A stretch of DNA of 63,977 nt, the filler included, from Malassezia furfur (Eukaryota): assembly GCA_052055015.1 (NCBI GenBank). It is 7 parts of 7 records of this genome, joined end to end, with 100 filler letters (N's around TTAATTAATTAA, not from the genome) between each part and the next. Parts side by side here need not be neighbours in the genome. Positions count along the whole stretch, not along the records: positions 37,571 to 46,848 come from JBQJIT010000428.1; positions 46,949 to 56,220 come from JBQJIT010000429.1; 5 more parts are not named here. One strand, written 5' to 3'. Positions 40,906 to 52,474 of this stretch are shown piece after piece. The notes below the pieces were generated by a model that saw only the letters and a program-made list of their open reading frames with translations, did no database searches and was not told the origin of the DNA. Position numbers and translations under genes: made by a program. The first letter of the stretch is position 1. Every line of letters begins with the position of its first letter.

Positions 40906-41130
40906 ATGTGCCTGTCCAGGTGCGTCCCTTGCTATAGATGCTAGATACCCCGGCGGATCGGTGGCCATGCCCGCGGCGCCCCTGATCGTCTGCGCGGACC
41001 TGCTCGTGCCGTGCGCCTGCCCGGCACGCGTTTTGTCCGCACAACGCCGCGCCACGGCGTCCGATGGGAATCACGTGCGCGGAGCTGGAGCCTGGGGTAA
41101 CCGTGCCGGTCCACTCCTTCTTCCTGCCTC

Positions 41131-42762
41131 ATGCCGCGTGCTGTGATCCCCACGACCTTGCGCGCCTGCCGTACGACATCTGCGCGTACTGGAATCTTGA
41201 GCCAAGCATCTCTTTCGCGTCCTGCTGTGTCGACCCACGCGCAGCACACCCTCTCTCGTTTCCGTGCTTCGCTTCCCCACACCCACCAGCGTACCATGGC
41301 CGTGGCTGCCGGCGTCGGTAAGGGCGAGGACAATGTGCGTCCGCCCCCCGATCAAGTGATCCAGGACATTGCGGACTATGTGCACGACTACGACATCCAG
41401 TCCGAGACCGCGTACAACACCGCGCGTCTGTGCCTGCTCGACTCGCTCGGCTGTGCGATCGAGGCGCTGCGCTTCCCTGCGGCGCGCAACGTGCTCGGCC
41501 CCGTGGTGCCCGGCACGGTGGTCCCCAACGGCTCCAAGGTGCCCGGCACGGAGTACCAGCTGGACCCGATCCGCGCCGCGTTCAACAACGGCGCGCTGAT
41601 CCGCTGGCTCGACTTTAACGACACCTGGCTCGCTGCCGAGTGGGGCCACCCGTCGGACAACCTTGGCTCGATCCTGGCGGTGGCCGACTGGCTGTCGCGC
41701 ACGGCGGTGGCTGAGGGCAAGAAGCCGCTCACGGTGCACGATGTGCTCACCGCCTCGATCAAGGCCCACGAGATCCAGGGCAACATTGCGATCGAGAACA
41801 GCTTCAACCGCGTGGGTCTCGACCATGTGGTGCTGGTCAAGGTCGCGAGCACCGCAGTGGTGTCCAAGATGCTCGGCCTGACGCGTGAGCAGACCGTCGA
41901 TGCGATCTCGCAGGCGTTTGTGGACGGCCAGTCGCTGCGCACCTACCGCCATGCGCCCAACGCCGGCTCGCGCAAGTCGTGGGCGGCCGGTGATGCGTGT
42001 GCGCGCGCGGTGAACCTTGCGCTGCTCGTGCAGCGTGGCGAGGGCGGCTACAACTCGGTGCTGACGGCCAAGACGTGGGGCTTCTACGACGTGCTGTTCA
42101 AGGGCCAGCCGTTCAAGTTCCAGCGCCCGTACACGTCGTACGTGATGGAGAACGTGCTGTTCAAGCTGGTCCCTGCCGAGTTCCACGCGCAGACCGCTGT
42201 GGAGGCCGCCGTGCAGCTGCACAAGCAGCTGCAGGACCTCGGCAAGACGAGCGACGACATCAAGTCGATCAAGATCCGCACGCAGGAGGCTGCGGTGCGC
42301 ATCATCAGCAAGCAGGGCAAGCTGAACAACTACGCGGACCGTGACCACTGCATCCAGTACATGGTCGCCGTGCCGCTGATCAAGGGCAGCCTCGAGCCGG
42401 GCGACTACACGGACGAGTTTGCCGCGGACCCCCGCATCGATGCGCTGCGCGAGAAGACCACGGTCGAGGAGGAGCCGCGGTACACGCGCGAATACCTTGA
42501 GCCGGAGAAGCGCTCGATCGGCAACAGCGTCGAGCTGGAGCTGAACGACGGCACCAAGCTTGAGGCGGTTGCAATCGACTACCCCGTCGGCCACGCGCGC
42601 CGCCGTGAGGAGGCTGTGCCCCTGATTGCGAGCAAGCTGAAGAAGCACCTGAACGGCTTCTACTCGCAGGAGGAGCAGGACAACATCCTTGCGCTGCTCA
42701 CCGACCACGAGCGCCTCGCGGCGATGCCCGTGCAGGAGTTTGTGGAGCTGTGGACCAAGTAG
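41131..42762 (+). CDS. PDH1: 2-methylcitrate dehydratase (mitochondrial)
   Basis: IRWLDFNDTWLAAEWGHPSDN, YRHAPNAGSRKSWAAGDA, PAEFHAQTA, ADRDHCIQY. Arg-rich presequence. Confidence 0.97.
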   Translation: MPRAVIPTTLRACRTTSARTGILSQASLSRPAVSTHAQHTLSRFRASLPHTHQRTMAVAAGVGKGEDNVRPPPDQVIQDIADYVHDYDIQSETAYNTARLCLLDSLGCAIEALRFPAARNVLGPVVPGTVVPNGSKVPGTEYQLDPIRAAFNNGALIRWLDFNDTWLAAEWGHPSDNLGSILAVADWLSRTAVAEGKKPLTVHDVLTASIKAHEIQGNIAIENSFNRVGLDHVVLVKVASTAVVSKMLGLTREQTVDAISQAFVDGQSLRTYRHAPNAGSRKSWAAGDACARAVNLALLVQRGEGGYNSVLTAKTWGFYDVLFKGQPFKFQRPYTSYVMENVLFKLVPAEFHAQTAVEAAVQLHKQLQDLGKTSDDIKSIKIRTQEAAVRIISKQGKLNNYADRDHCIQYMVAVPLIKGSLEPGDYTDEFAADPRIDALREKTTVEEEPRYTREYLEPEKRSIGNSVELELNDGTKLEAVAIDYPVGHARRREEAVPLIASKLKKHLNGFYSQEEQDNILALLTDHERLAAMPVQEFVELWTK

Positions 42763-42816
42763 GCGGACGTAGGTCTTGCGTGCTCGACGCGCACGTGGCA
42801 CTTGCTTCTTCCAACG

Positions 42817-43959
42817 ATGCTCGCACTCCGGCCGCTGAGCGTGGCCGTGGGCGTGCGTGTGGCGGCGCGCCGCGGCGCCGTGCGTGCGCTGAGCACCTCG
42901 GCTGCCTTGCGCTACGAAAACAACCGCGGAAATGTCGTGAATGGCTTTTGTGGTGCCGTGGGCAACACCCCCCTGCTGCGCATCAACTCGCTCAGCGACG
43001 AGACGGGCTGCGAGATCCTCGGCAAGGCCGAGTTCATGGAGCCTGGTGGCAGTATCAAGGACCGTGCGGCGCTGTTTGTGGTGCTCGATGCGGAGAAAAA
43101 GGGCCTGCTCAAGCCCGGTGGCACGGTCGTCGAGGGCACGGCCGGCAACACGGGCATTGGCCTGGCGCATGTCTGCCGTGCGCGCGGCTACCGCTGTGTG
43201 ATCTACATGCCCAACACGCAGTCGCAGGAGAAGATTGACCTGCTGCGCATGCTTGGTGCCGAGGTGTACCCTGTGCCTGCGGTGCCGTTCGACAATCCCG
43301 ACAACTACAACCGCCAGGCGAAGCGGCACGCGGAGCGCCTCGACAACGCGGTGTGGACGAACCAGTTCGACAACGTGGCGAACCGCGAGGCGCACATCCA
43401 GACCACGGGCCCCGAGATCTGGGCGCAGACGCGCGAGACGGGCCTGGACGGCTTCATCTGTGCGACCGGCACGGGCGGTACGCTGGCCGGTGTCACGTCG
43501 TACCTGAAGCAGGTGTCCAACGGGCAGGTGCAGTGTTGGCTGGCGGACCCGCCCGGCTCGGTGCTGTACTCGTACGTCACCAGCAAGGGTGCCAAGATGG
43601 AGCGCACGGGCAACGGCTCGGTGACCGAGGGCATCGGCCAGGGCCGCATCACGGACAACATGCGCCAGGACGTGGACAAGCTCGACAACGCGCTGCACAT
43701 TGAGGACGAGGCGAGCATTGCGATGATCTACCGTCTGCTGGACGAGGAGGGTCTGTACATTGGCGCGTCGTCGGCGCTGAACGTCGTGGCCGCGTACCGC
43801 ATGGCGCAGCAGCTCGGCAAGGGCAGCCGTGTAGTGACGGTGATCTGTGACGGTGCTGCGCGCTACCAGACGCGCCTCTTCTCGCGCAAGTGGCTCGAGA
43901 GCAAGGGGCTGTACGAGGCGGTCCCTGCGCACCTGCGCAAGTACATTGTGTTGCCGTAG
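42817..43959 (+). CDS. Cysteine synthase (PLP-dependent, probably mitochondrial)
   Basis: [41 protein letters not shown]. Confidence 0.93.
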   Translation: MLALRPLSVAVGVRVAARRGAVRALSTSAALRYENNRGNVVNGFCGAVGNTPLLRINSLSDETGCEILGKAEFMEPGGSIKDRAALFVVLDAEKKGLLKPGGTVVEGTAGNTGIGLAHVCRARGYRCVIYMPNTQSQEKIDLLRMLGAEVYPVPAVPFDNPDNYNRQAKRHAERLDNAVWTNQFDNVANREAHIQTTGPEIWAQTRETGLDGFICATGTGGTLAGVTSYLKQVSNGQVQCWLADPPGSVLYSYVTSKGAKMERTGNGSVTEGIGQGRITDNMRQDVDKLDNALHIEDEASIAMIYRLLDEEGLYIGASSALNVVAAYRMAQQLGKGSRVVTVICDGAARYQTRLFSRKWLESKGLYEAVPAHLRKYIVLP

Positions 43960-44016
43960 CGATCACGTAAGCAGTGTGTCCCCACTTCGCCACGCGCCAC
44001 TTCCCCGGGTGGTGCG

Positions 44017-46619
44017 ATGTCGAGCAGTGCGCGGATGCGCAGTGGCCGCGAGGCGTCTGCGGACGTCGAGTCTGCGGCGTGGCCGTCGCCTGGCTCCGAC
44101 TCGGTGCTGGATGCGGACCGCGGCACGTATGGCGCGGTGCGCGGCGCCTACACTTATCCCGACGCCGGCAGTGATGGCGACGACGATGACGACGGGGAGG
44201 ACGAAGAGGAGGACGAGGAGGATGGGGACGAGGCGGACGAAGAGGAGGACGATCCGCGCGTGCTGCGTGCCGGCCTCGAGGCCGAGGCCGGGGCGCTGCC
44301 GATCGCGACGGCCGAGGCAGGCGGTGCGCCGCGGGCCGAGCGCCTCCGCCACGATAGCCGCTACGCGCAGACGATGCGGGCGGCAGGCGTCGTGACGCCC
44401 GAGTCATCGTCGATGACGCACTCGCACTCGTCGTTTTCGTCGTCCTCGTCGTCGTCCGTCGAGGGTACGTCGCAGACAGCCTCGCGGACGACCGGCGAGC
44501 CGTTATCGTCCCGTGCGTCGTCGGTGAGCACGGCGACGACGGCGGCGACGACGCAGGTGCATGTGCCGACGAAGCGGCCTGGGCAGCCGCAATTTGAGGG
44601 GTTCTGGCAGGTGCGTTCGCTGGACGATCTGCGCCCGATGCTGGACAACAGCGCGCTGGTGATGAAGCAGCGGCGCGCGGACCCCAACGGGGGCTTTGTG
44701 AGCGTACGTACGAGGCACTGACGCAGCCGCTCAAGGCGCTTGCCACGAATCTGCACCACACGTACCACCTGGTGAACCCTGCGTTTGTGTACGAGCTGGC
44801 GTTCAACCCGCGGCGCGTCCTGACCAAGCCGAGCAAGCCGATGTACAACGACGGGCACGACAACGAGGACAGCGACTACATCCTCTATGTGAACGACTGG
44901 CTCGGCACCGAGGAGGGCCACCGCTACCTGATTCTGGACGTGCTCGGCCAGGGCACGTTTGGGCAGGTGGTCAAGTGCCAGAACATGACGACGCACGAGA
45001 TTGTGGCGGTCAAGGTGATCAAGAACAAGAAGGCGTACTTCAACCAGAGCATGATGGAGGTTACCATCCTCGAGACGCTCAACCAGCACTGGGACCCGCG
45101 GGACGAGCACAACATTCTGCGGCTGCAGGACACGTTTATCCACGCCAAGCACCTGTGCCTGGTGTTTGAGCTGCTCTCTTCGAATTTGTACGAGCTGATC
45201 AAGCAGAACTCGTTCCGCGGGCTGAGCACGAGCCTGGTGCGTGTGTTTATCACGCAGCTGCTCGATGCGCTCGTCGTGCTGAAGAATGCGCAGCTGATCC
45301 ACTGCGACTTGAAGCCGGAAAACATCTTGCTGCGCACGCTGCAGGCGCCGAGCATCAAGCTCGTCGACTTTGGCTCGGCGTGCCACGAGCAGCAGACGGT
45401 GTACACGTACATCCAGTCGCGCTTCTACCGCTCGCCCGAGGTGCTGCTCGGCGTGCCGTACTCGTCGGCGATCGACATGTGGTCGCTGGGGTGCATCGCC
45501 GCCGAGCTGTTCCTTGGCCTGCCGCTGTTCCCCGGGACGTCGGAGTACAACCAGATGAGCCGCATCGTGGACATGCTCGGCCTGCCGCCCGCGTACATGC
45601 TCGACGGCGGGCGGCAGACGCGCGAGTTCTTCAACGTGCACACCGATGCGTTCGGGCGCACCTCGTACTCGATCAAGCCGCTCGAGCAGTACTCGCGCGA
45701 GCACCGCGTGCAGGAGCAGGCGAGCAAGCAGTACTTCCCCGGCACGACGCTCCCCGAGATCATCCGCCTCGCGCCCATCTCGCGGCGCTCGGGGCGCGCC
45801 GCCGACACCGACAAGGAGATGGCCAACCGCGCGGCGTTCACCGACTTTGTCGCCGGCCTGCTCAACCTCGACCCGCTCGCGCGCTGGACGCCGCAGCAGG
45901 CCAAGCTGCACCCGTTCGTCACCGGCGAGCCGTTCAAGGGCGCGTGGCAGCCGCCGCCGCCCTCGCCGCTCGACGACGTGCGCCACCCGCGCGAGTACTT
46001 CCACGAGCCCAACAGCCGCTACTACGCGCCGGGGCCGCCGCTCGAGCCGCAGCACGCGTACGACTACGCGCCGCCCATCGCGCCGCCGCCCACCGGGCCG
46101 CCCGCGCCGTACGTCGGCGGGAGCAGCACCGCGGCGCATGCGTACGCGTGGAACAGCGCCACGCCGCTCGCCCACGATGCGCCCCTGTACGCGCTGCCGC
46201 CGCCCGCCACCGCGCCGCCGCCCGCGGGCAGCAGCGGGGCGTTTTCGGTGGTGGTGCACGGCAACGAGCCGTACGACGTGCGCCGCACGACGCCGCACGC
46301 GCACAGCACACCGCATGCGCGCGGCACGCCGCACGCGCGCCCCGACGCGGCGAACGTGTCGCCGCTCGTGCCGCTCGCGCCCGCCGGCGCGGCGTACGGC
46401 GTCGCGACGCACCGCGCGCGGCACACGAGCCTGATGGCGCCGCCGCCGCCGAGCGCGGACGCGTATGCGGCGCCGGCGTACGCGTCGCCGGCGCGTGCGC
46501 CGCGCTACGACGCCGAGCGCCGCGACGCGCGGCGCGACTCGCGGGGCGCGCCGAGTCTGCTGCCCCTGTACGTCAACCAGCTGCCGCGCCCCGACGACGA
46601 GTGGGGCCCCGCGGGGTAG
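44017..46619 (+). CDS. YAK1: DYRK-family kinase Yak1
   Basis: RRADPNGGFVS-PLKAL (intron 44704-44726), DNEDSDYILYVND, HCDLKPEN, YTYIQSRFYRSPE. Confidence 0.95.
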
Positions 46620-46643
46620 AGAGCCGTAGCACACCTGTACACA

Positions 46644-46848
46644 CTATCTCCATGGCACCGCAGGCTTGCTGGGCGACGTCCCCGGCTTGCTCGGCGACGC
46701 ATGCACCGCTGGCCGGCGGCGGCCCAGCACGCTGCCGCGGCGCACGGGCGACGTCGAGGGGTCGTGCTCCATGAACTCGTACGGCACCGCGGGCGCGGGC
46801 GACGCGACGCTCGGGGGGCGCGCACTGCTCGGCGCCGCGCCGGGCGCG
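46644..46848 (-). CDS. 3' end of an unidentified gene
   Basis: Open frame from the contig edge ending ...SPSKPGTSPSKPAVPWR*. Confidence 0.35.
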
Positions 46849-46948
46849 NNNNNNNNNNNNNNNNNNNNNNNNNNNNNNNNNNNNNNNNNNNNTTAATTAA
46901 TTAANNNNNNNNNNNNNNNNNNNNNNNNNNNNNNNNNNNNNNNNNNNN
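46849..46948. other. Artificial contig linker
   Basis: 44N-TTAATTAATTAA-44N. Confidence 0.99.
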
Positions 46949-46961
46949 CCACGCTAGCACC

Positions 46962-48117
46962 ATGAAGGAGCTCACGCGCAAGATGGTGGCCGATGGTACG
47001 TGCGTAACCTAACATCAGTGGCCGTGTTCGCCGTCTCTCAGGTGGCATTTTTCTATGCCTTTAAAGTACGCGAAACATTTGGCTAACCCAGTACGTCATG
47101 GCGTCGCTCGACCCCAACCGGCAGAAGCAGCAGGACGCCAAGAAGGTCTCGGACAACAAGCTGGGAAAGCTAGGCCTACGTGCGCGCGGAGTCAAGCTGA
47201 ATGAGTACGAGGAGCAGATCACTACTGAGCTGATTCTCCCCGACGACATCCCTGTCACGTTTGAGTCGATCGGTGGGCTGGACAGCATCATCGCGAGCCT
47301 GCAGGAGAGTGTCATTGCCCCCCTATGCTACCCCCAGCTGTTCAACAGTGCGAGCGGTCTTTTGGGCGCACCCAAGGGCGTGCTCCTATACGGACCACCG
47401 GGCACCGGTAAGACCATGTTGGCGAAGGCGCTAGCGAAGGAAAGCGGCGCCACCTTTATCAATATGCACGTCTCCACCTTGACCAACAAATGGTTTGGCG
47501 AGTCCAACAAACTTGTGTCCGCGCTCTTTTCGCTCGCGCGCAAGCTCCAGCCCAGCATTGTGTTCATTGATGAGATCGACAGCTTCTTGCGCGAGCGTGC
47601 GTCGGGTGATCACGAAGTTATGGCCATGATGAAGGCCGAATTCATGACACTCTGGGATGGCCTGACGTCTTCGACAGACCGCATCATGGTGCTCGGTGCG
47701 ACGAACCGTCCGGCCGACATTGACGCGGCCATTCTGCGCCGTATGCCGAAGCGTTACGCAGTACGACTCCCTGACCAGGCGCAACGTAAGAAGATTCTGT
47801 CGATTATGTTGGCGAATGTGCCGTGCCATTCGTCTTTTGATCTGGATGCGTTGGTGCGCAAGACGGAGGGGTATAGCGGCAGTGACTTGCGTGAGCTGTG
47901 CCGTGCAGCCGCGATGGTGCCTGTGCGTGAAGTGCTGCGCAGCCGCAGCGGTCGGGAGCACGTCGAGCGTGCGCGGAAGAACCCGACGGGCGATGGTGAA
48001 GCGGCGCACGGCGCTGACCTAGCTATGAGTGTGCGGCCGCTGCGCAATAGCGACTTTTTCCAAAACGACAGCGCGACGCCTCTCCATGTGGACACAGAGC
48101 CGGACGCGTTGGACTAA
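46962..48117 (+). CDS. MSP1: Membrane-anchored AAA ATPase Msp1/ATAD1
   Basis: N-terminal TM spread over two small exons; GPPGTGKT, KWFGESNKL, FIDEID, KAEFMTLWDG. Confidence 0.95.
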
Positions 48118-48153
48118 TGCATTGAATAGTTATTATGTTGCATACAATACGAC

Positions 48154-49197
48154 CTATACGCGGCAATTGTCGATACTCAGAATGAGAATGTCGGAGGCGC
48201 CGACGTCTTCGAGTTGGTCCATGATGTTGGCCACCTCGTCCCGTGCCACCATACTCGAGACCGCGTTCCAGTCCGACTCTTCCAGCGTGCTGACCGTAGC
48301 CGCACGGCGGCCGGGCGTGATAGCAAGTGCCTTGCTGAGATTGACCTTGGGGATATTGTACTGGCACAAGACATACTTCTTGGCCGCAATGACACCGCGA
48401 ATACGCGCGGCAATAAGCGAGATCAGTGCCGTGTTGCTGCGCGCGTGTGGCGTCTTCGGGCGAATCAGCTTCGCTTCCGATGCGAGCAACGTCGCAATCG
48501 GCTTCAGGCCACAAGCCCGCATCGTTTCTCCGGATTCTGAGGTTAGCCATGTGGCGACGAAGGGTTACGTACCGACCAAATCGACTGTTGGGTGCGCCGT
48601 GGCGCCGTGTCAGTAACTGTCCTGCGTCATCCAAAGACAACGTACCGATACCATCAGCAAGGCCGAGCGCACACGCGGTCTCGACACTACCGTTCAAATA
48701 GGCAATAGTGGTCTTTTCCTTCGAGCCAACTTTCTCCTCAAGGTCACGGAAGAACTTGCCCGAGAGGTGGTCAAAGCTCGTAGCAATCTTCTTCCCAACC
48801 AAATCCTCGACCGTCTTGATCGTTTCACTGGCCTCCGGGACCTGCACTTGGAGCTGGCACTTGCCGAAACCAAGGGCAAGCATCTCGTCGATGGCGTCCG
48901 AGATGGCAGGGCCAGCTTCCTGGACCATGTCATGACCCGTAATGCCGAGGTCCACATCACCGTTTGCCACAAAGTGGGGAATGTCGGCCGCAGGCAGGAA
49001 CACGAGCGCAATGGGCAGGTTCTTGACGAGTGCCACATCAAGGCGGTGTGCCCGCTTGAACTGAATGTCGGCGCCGCTCAGGAGCGACAAACACGTTTCA
49101 TTCAGACGACCTGGGGTAAGTGGCAAAACTTACCCTTCTTGGGGATCGCAAACAAAAGGCGGTCTTGTAAGTTCTCTGGGCGCAACAGCTGCGACAT
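48154..49197 (-). CDS. HIS1: ATP phosphoribosyltransferase
   Basis: DRLLFAIPKK-GRL, DIPHFV, GSVETACALGLADGI-VDLV-ESG (12-nt micro-exon 48573-48584), ITPGRRAATV. Confidence 0.96.
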
Positions 49198-49294
49198 GGT
49201 ATTGCTAGAAGAAACCGAGCGTCGCGATGACTAACCCGAAAATTGGGACGCCACTCCACTCCAGACCACACACGCGTGGCCGAGGCCGGTCACG

Positions 49295-51089
49295 ATGCGC
49301 TGCACCAATTGTGGCTCACTGGCCATTGATTTTGCAGACTCGCAAGCAGTATGCAGTGCATGCGGCGTGGTACTTGAAGAGTCGCAGATCGTTAGCGATA
49401 TTACCTTCGCCGAGAACACAGCGGGCGGTGCCGTTGTCCAAGGCAGCTATTTGGGAGCCGATCAAGGTAAGTCACGCGTGCTGACCCAGTGCGTGCCCGC
49501 ACCTCGGGTCCTGGTTTCCGCGGGAGCTCTGCAGGCGAGTCGCGTGAATGCACCATCGCAAATGGTACGTGCTTTTGCTCACTCAGCACGCTGGAACATC
49601 AATCGGATGGCCACGGCTCGCGGCGTTCCCGCCCATGTTGCCGAGCGCGCACTCCGCTTTTTCCAACTGGCGCTAGACGGTGGGACAGCAACTGCGTCGG
49701 GGTCTCAGCCAAAAAACTTTGTGCTAGGACGCAAGTCGGACTATACGGTGGCCTCCTGTCTATACGTTGCTTGCCGCATGGCCAAAACAACGCATATGTT
49801 GATCGACTTTGCGGACGTAATTCAAGTCAACGTATTCGTGCTGGGCCGAAGCTACCTGCGACTGTTACGCGTGTTGAATCTGCAGATGCCGCTGATTGAT
49901 CCTTCGTTCTATATCAGCCGCTTTGCGGCGCTGCTTGAGTTTGGCGATGAGACGCAGCGTGTGGTGACGGACGCAACGCGCCTCGTGACGCGATTCAAGA
50001 CAGACTGGATGGTTGAGGGCCGCAGACCTGCAGGAATTTGTGGCGCCTGTCTGCTGCTAGCTGCACGCATGAACCACTTCCGCCGTTCGGTCACCGAAAT
50101 TGTGCAGGTCGTCAAGATCGCCGATGTGACGCTGCGTAAGCGGTTGGAAGAATTCAAATCGACACCTAGCGGCCAACTCACCATTGAGGACTTCCGCAGC
50201 GTCTGGCTCGAAGAGGAAAACAACCCGCCAGCGTTTGCCCGTGCACGAGCGCCCAAAGGACCCAAACAAGCCGACATCGACGCCGTGGCACCCCAAGTGC
50301 CGCCGGAGCCTGAGATGCCCGAGCTTGAACAGCTTGCCGAGCAGGCCACGGAACAGGAAATCAACTCATATCTGCAACAGGATGACATTCGCGCCCTCGA
50401 GACGGACCTATCCGCGCAGGAGCGCAGCCGAGTTGAGCGCGCACGGGCCGGACATATGGCGCCTGAGTCACATGCAGAAGAGAATGCTGCGCCGAGTACA
50501 GAAGCCCAGGGTAATCCGGACGATGACCTAGGCGATTTGGATGAAGCAGAACTGGATAATTTTATCCTGTCCGAGGACGAAGTCAAAGTCAAAGAACGCG
50601 TGTGGATGGAATTCAACAAGGACTATCTGGAGGCTGCATTGGCGCGTCAGCTCAAACTTGAAGCGGATCAGAAGGCAGGAATTGCGACTGCCCCACGAAG
50701 TGTATGTTATCCAACTCACGCAGCGGAAACGCCAGAAACCCCGTGACGGGACAACCGCTCCCACGAAATCCGCAGCCGAGTCGGCGAAGCAGATGATGCT
50801 GCAGAAGCGCTGGTCGCGTCGGATTAACTATGATGTGCTTAACTCACTGTTTCCTGGCGGGAATGGACCACAGTCCAACACTTCCAAGAGCGGCCAGCCG
50901 ACCAATGTGCCGGCGGAAGAGGAGCTTAGTGACGATGAAGAGGACAGTGATGATGACCTGGGCGACGCAGAACCGCAGGCCAAGCGGACGCGTACAGACA
51001 CCAGTGACTGGCGCAGTCTGGGTGGTCTGCCACCTGCACCATCCGAAGCAGACTACGACGAGGAGGAAGTGGGAGACTATTGGGAATAG
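49295..51089 (+). CDS. BRF1: TFIIIB subunit Brf1
   Basis: Zn ribbon CTNC...CSACG, GRRPAGICGA, LSEDEVKVKERVW, SRRINYDVL. Three 22-23 nt introns. Confidence 0.95.
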
Positions 51090-51130
51090 GACATGTAGAC
51101 TAGATATACCCCGTTGCGATCGGCCTCCAC

Positions 51131-51838
51131 ATGCGGGGGATCCTGCGCGGTGCTCCCAGGCCGCGAACCGTGCGGGGAGTCCTGGCGGCGTTGCAGCCGT
51201 GTGTGGCATCGCAAAACTCGATTGGAAGATGGCACACAATAATTGGTCTTTCGGGTCGCATGGGTTGCCGGCGGGCACCTCGCCCCACGTTGACTCTTAC
51301 GACCATCCGTACCTTTGCAACCATGTCTGTACAAGCGAACAGTATGTCCAATCCGATCCGCTTCGCCTCTTTCGATGTGACCAGCCAAGTTTTTTATGAA
51401 AACGACAGTGCAGCAGCGATTGTGAACCTGAAACCCGTCGTGCCAGGACACGTGCTGGTTATCCCCAAAACGCATTACGAGCGTTTCGCCGACATTCCGC
51501 CGGCCGACCTCGCCAAGCTGTTTGACGCCGTACAAGCCGTGGGAAATGTGGTTGAGCATGCCTTTTCCGGAGATTCATTGTCGATTGCGATCCAGGATGG
51601 CCCAAACGCGGGGCAGACCGTTGCACATGTTCACGTCCACGTCCTTCCGCGTCGTGCGGGGGACATTGAGCCCAATGATGCGGTCTACGAACACCTGGAG
51701 CGATTTGGTTTGGAACTCCGTTCAATTCACGAAAAACAAGTGGACAGCGATCGGAAACCCCGTTCGCCGGAGCAGATGCGTGCCGAGGCAGACTGGCTCC
51801 GGACGCAGTGCACACAAGTCCTGCACTCGGGTCCATAG
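51131..51838 (+). CDS. HNT2: HIT-family dinucleoside triphosphate hydrolase (Fhit/Hnt2), start uncertain
   Basis: VNLKPVVPGHVLV, QDGPNAGQTVAHVHVHVLPR, RSPEQMRAEA. Confidence 0.92.
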   Translation: MRGILRGAPRPRTVRGVLAALQPCVASQNSIGRWHTIIGLSGRMGCRRAPRPTLTLTTIRTFATMSVQANSMSNPIRFASFDVTSQVFYENDSAAAIVNLKPVVPGHVLVIPKTHYERFADIPPADLAKLFDAVQAVGNVVEHAFSGDSLSIAIQDGPNAGQTVAHVHVHVLPRRAGDIEPNDAVYEHLERFGLELRSIHEKQVDSDRKPRSPEQMRAEADWLRTQCTQVLHSGP

Positions 51839-51883
51839 AGACAGTTGGCACGCTTCGTATTAGCCACAAATATATGTACATCT

Positions 51884-52401
51884 CTATAGGGCTCCAACAG
51901 CGACCGAGATCAGGATCCCAAACATTGCAAACAAAAGAAAGCCAGTGATACATGCGAGCAAAAAGACTGCGTTACACGTTTCACGTACTCTCGACCCGGC
52001 TTGGAATAAACACGCTTCGTATCAATGCTTGTTGGATGTGGAAGAAGCGCTGCGCACCAATCAGCAGTACAACAACGCCGATGCCCACGAACGAGACGCC
52101 GATCGGAGCTCCGCTGTGTGAGCACGGACACGTACACTTTCTTTAGAGAACTAATTTTCACGTTCTTAAACACATGCATGTTCCCACGGAGCATGACCGC
52201 CAAGCCAGAGGTCTCATTCTGATCCACAATGATCTCCGGCAGCCGGAATAATTGGGTAATTGCGCTTTATGAGAAGCTCACATACATTCCGATCGCTACC
52301 AGGCTTAGAGATGTCCGCATCCATGCCAGAAATGTCCGCTCGAGGGCGAGGTGGTCACGCGCGACCGACCCCTTGTTCTCCAGCTCGTACATCAATTGCA
52401 T
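51884..52401 (-). CDS. DUF202 three-TM membrane protein
   Basis: LENKGSVARDHLALERTFLAWMRTSL. Three introns (e.g. 52265-52285) restore GAPIGVSF and a final TM helix. Confidence 0.85.
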
Positions 52402-52474
52402 GGTTGCGGCGTTGGAGGCGGATCGGGCGATCGGGGCCCGTGCGGATCTACAACGGGTCGCTCCGGACGACGAC

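Noticed and set aside
41071..43932. 953-aa minus-strand ORF and similar long shadow ORFs (18807-21032, 44361-46634, 19960-21612)
   Set aside because: They are antisense to well-supported genes and are explained by stop-codon scarcity at high GC. No recognisable motifs.
41131..43959. Intronless prpD-like and cysK-like genes 54 bp apart, resembling a bacterial operon or HGT
   Set aside because: Both carry mitochondrial-type presequences, look like ordinary fungal orthologues, and are flanked by intron-containing genes.
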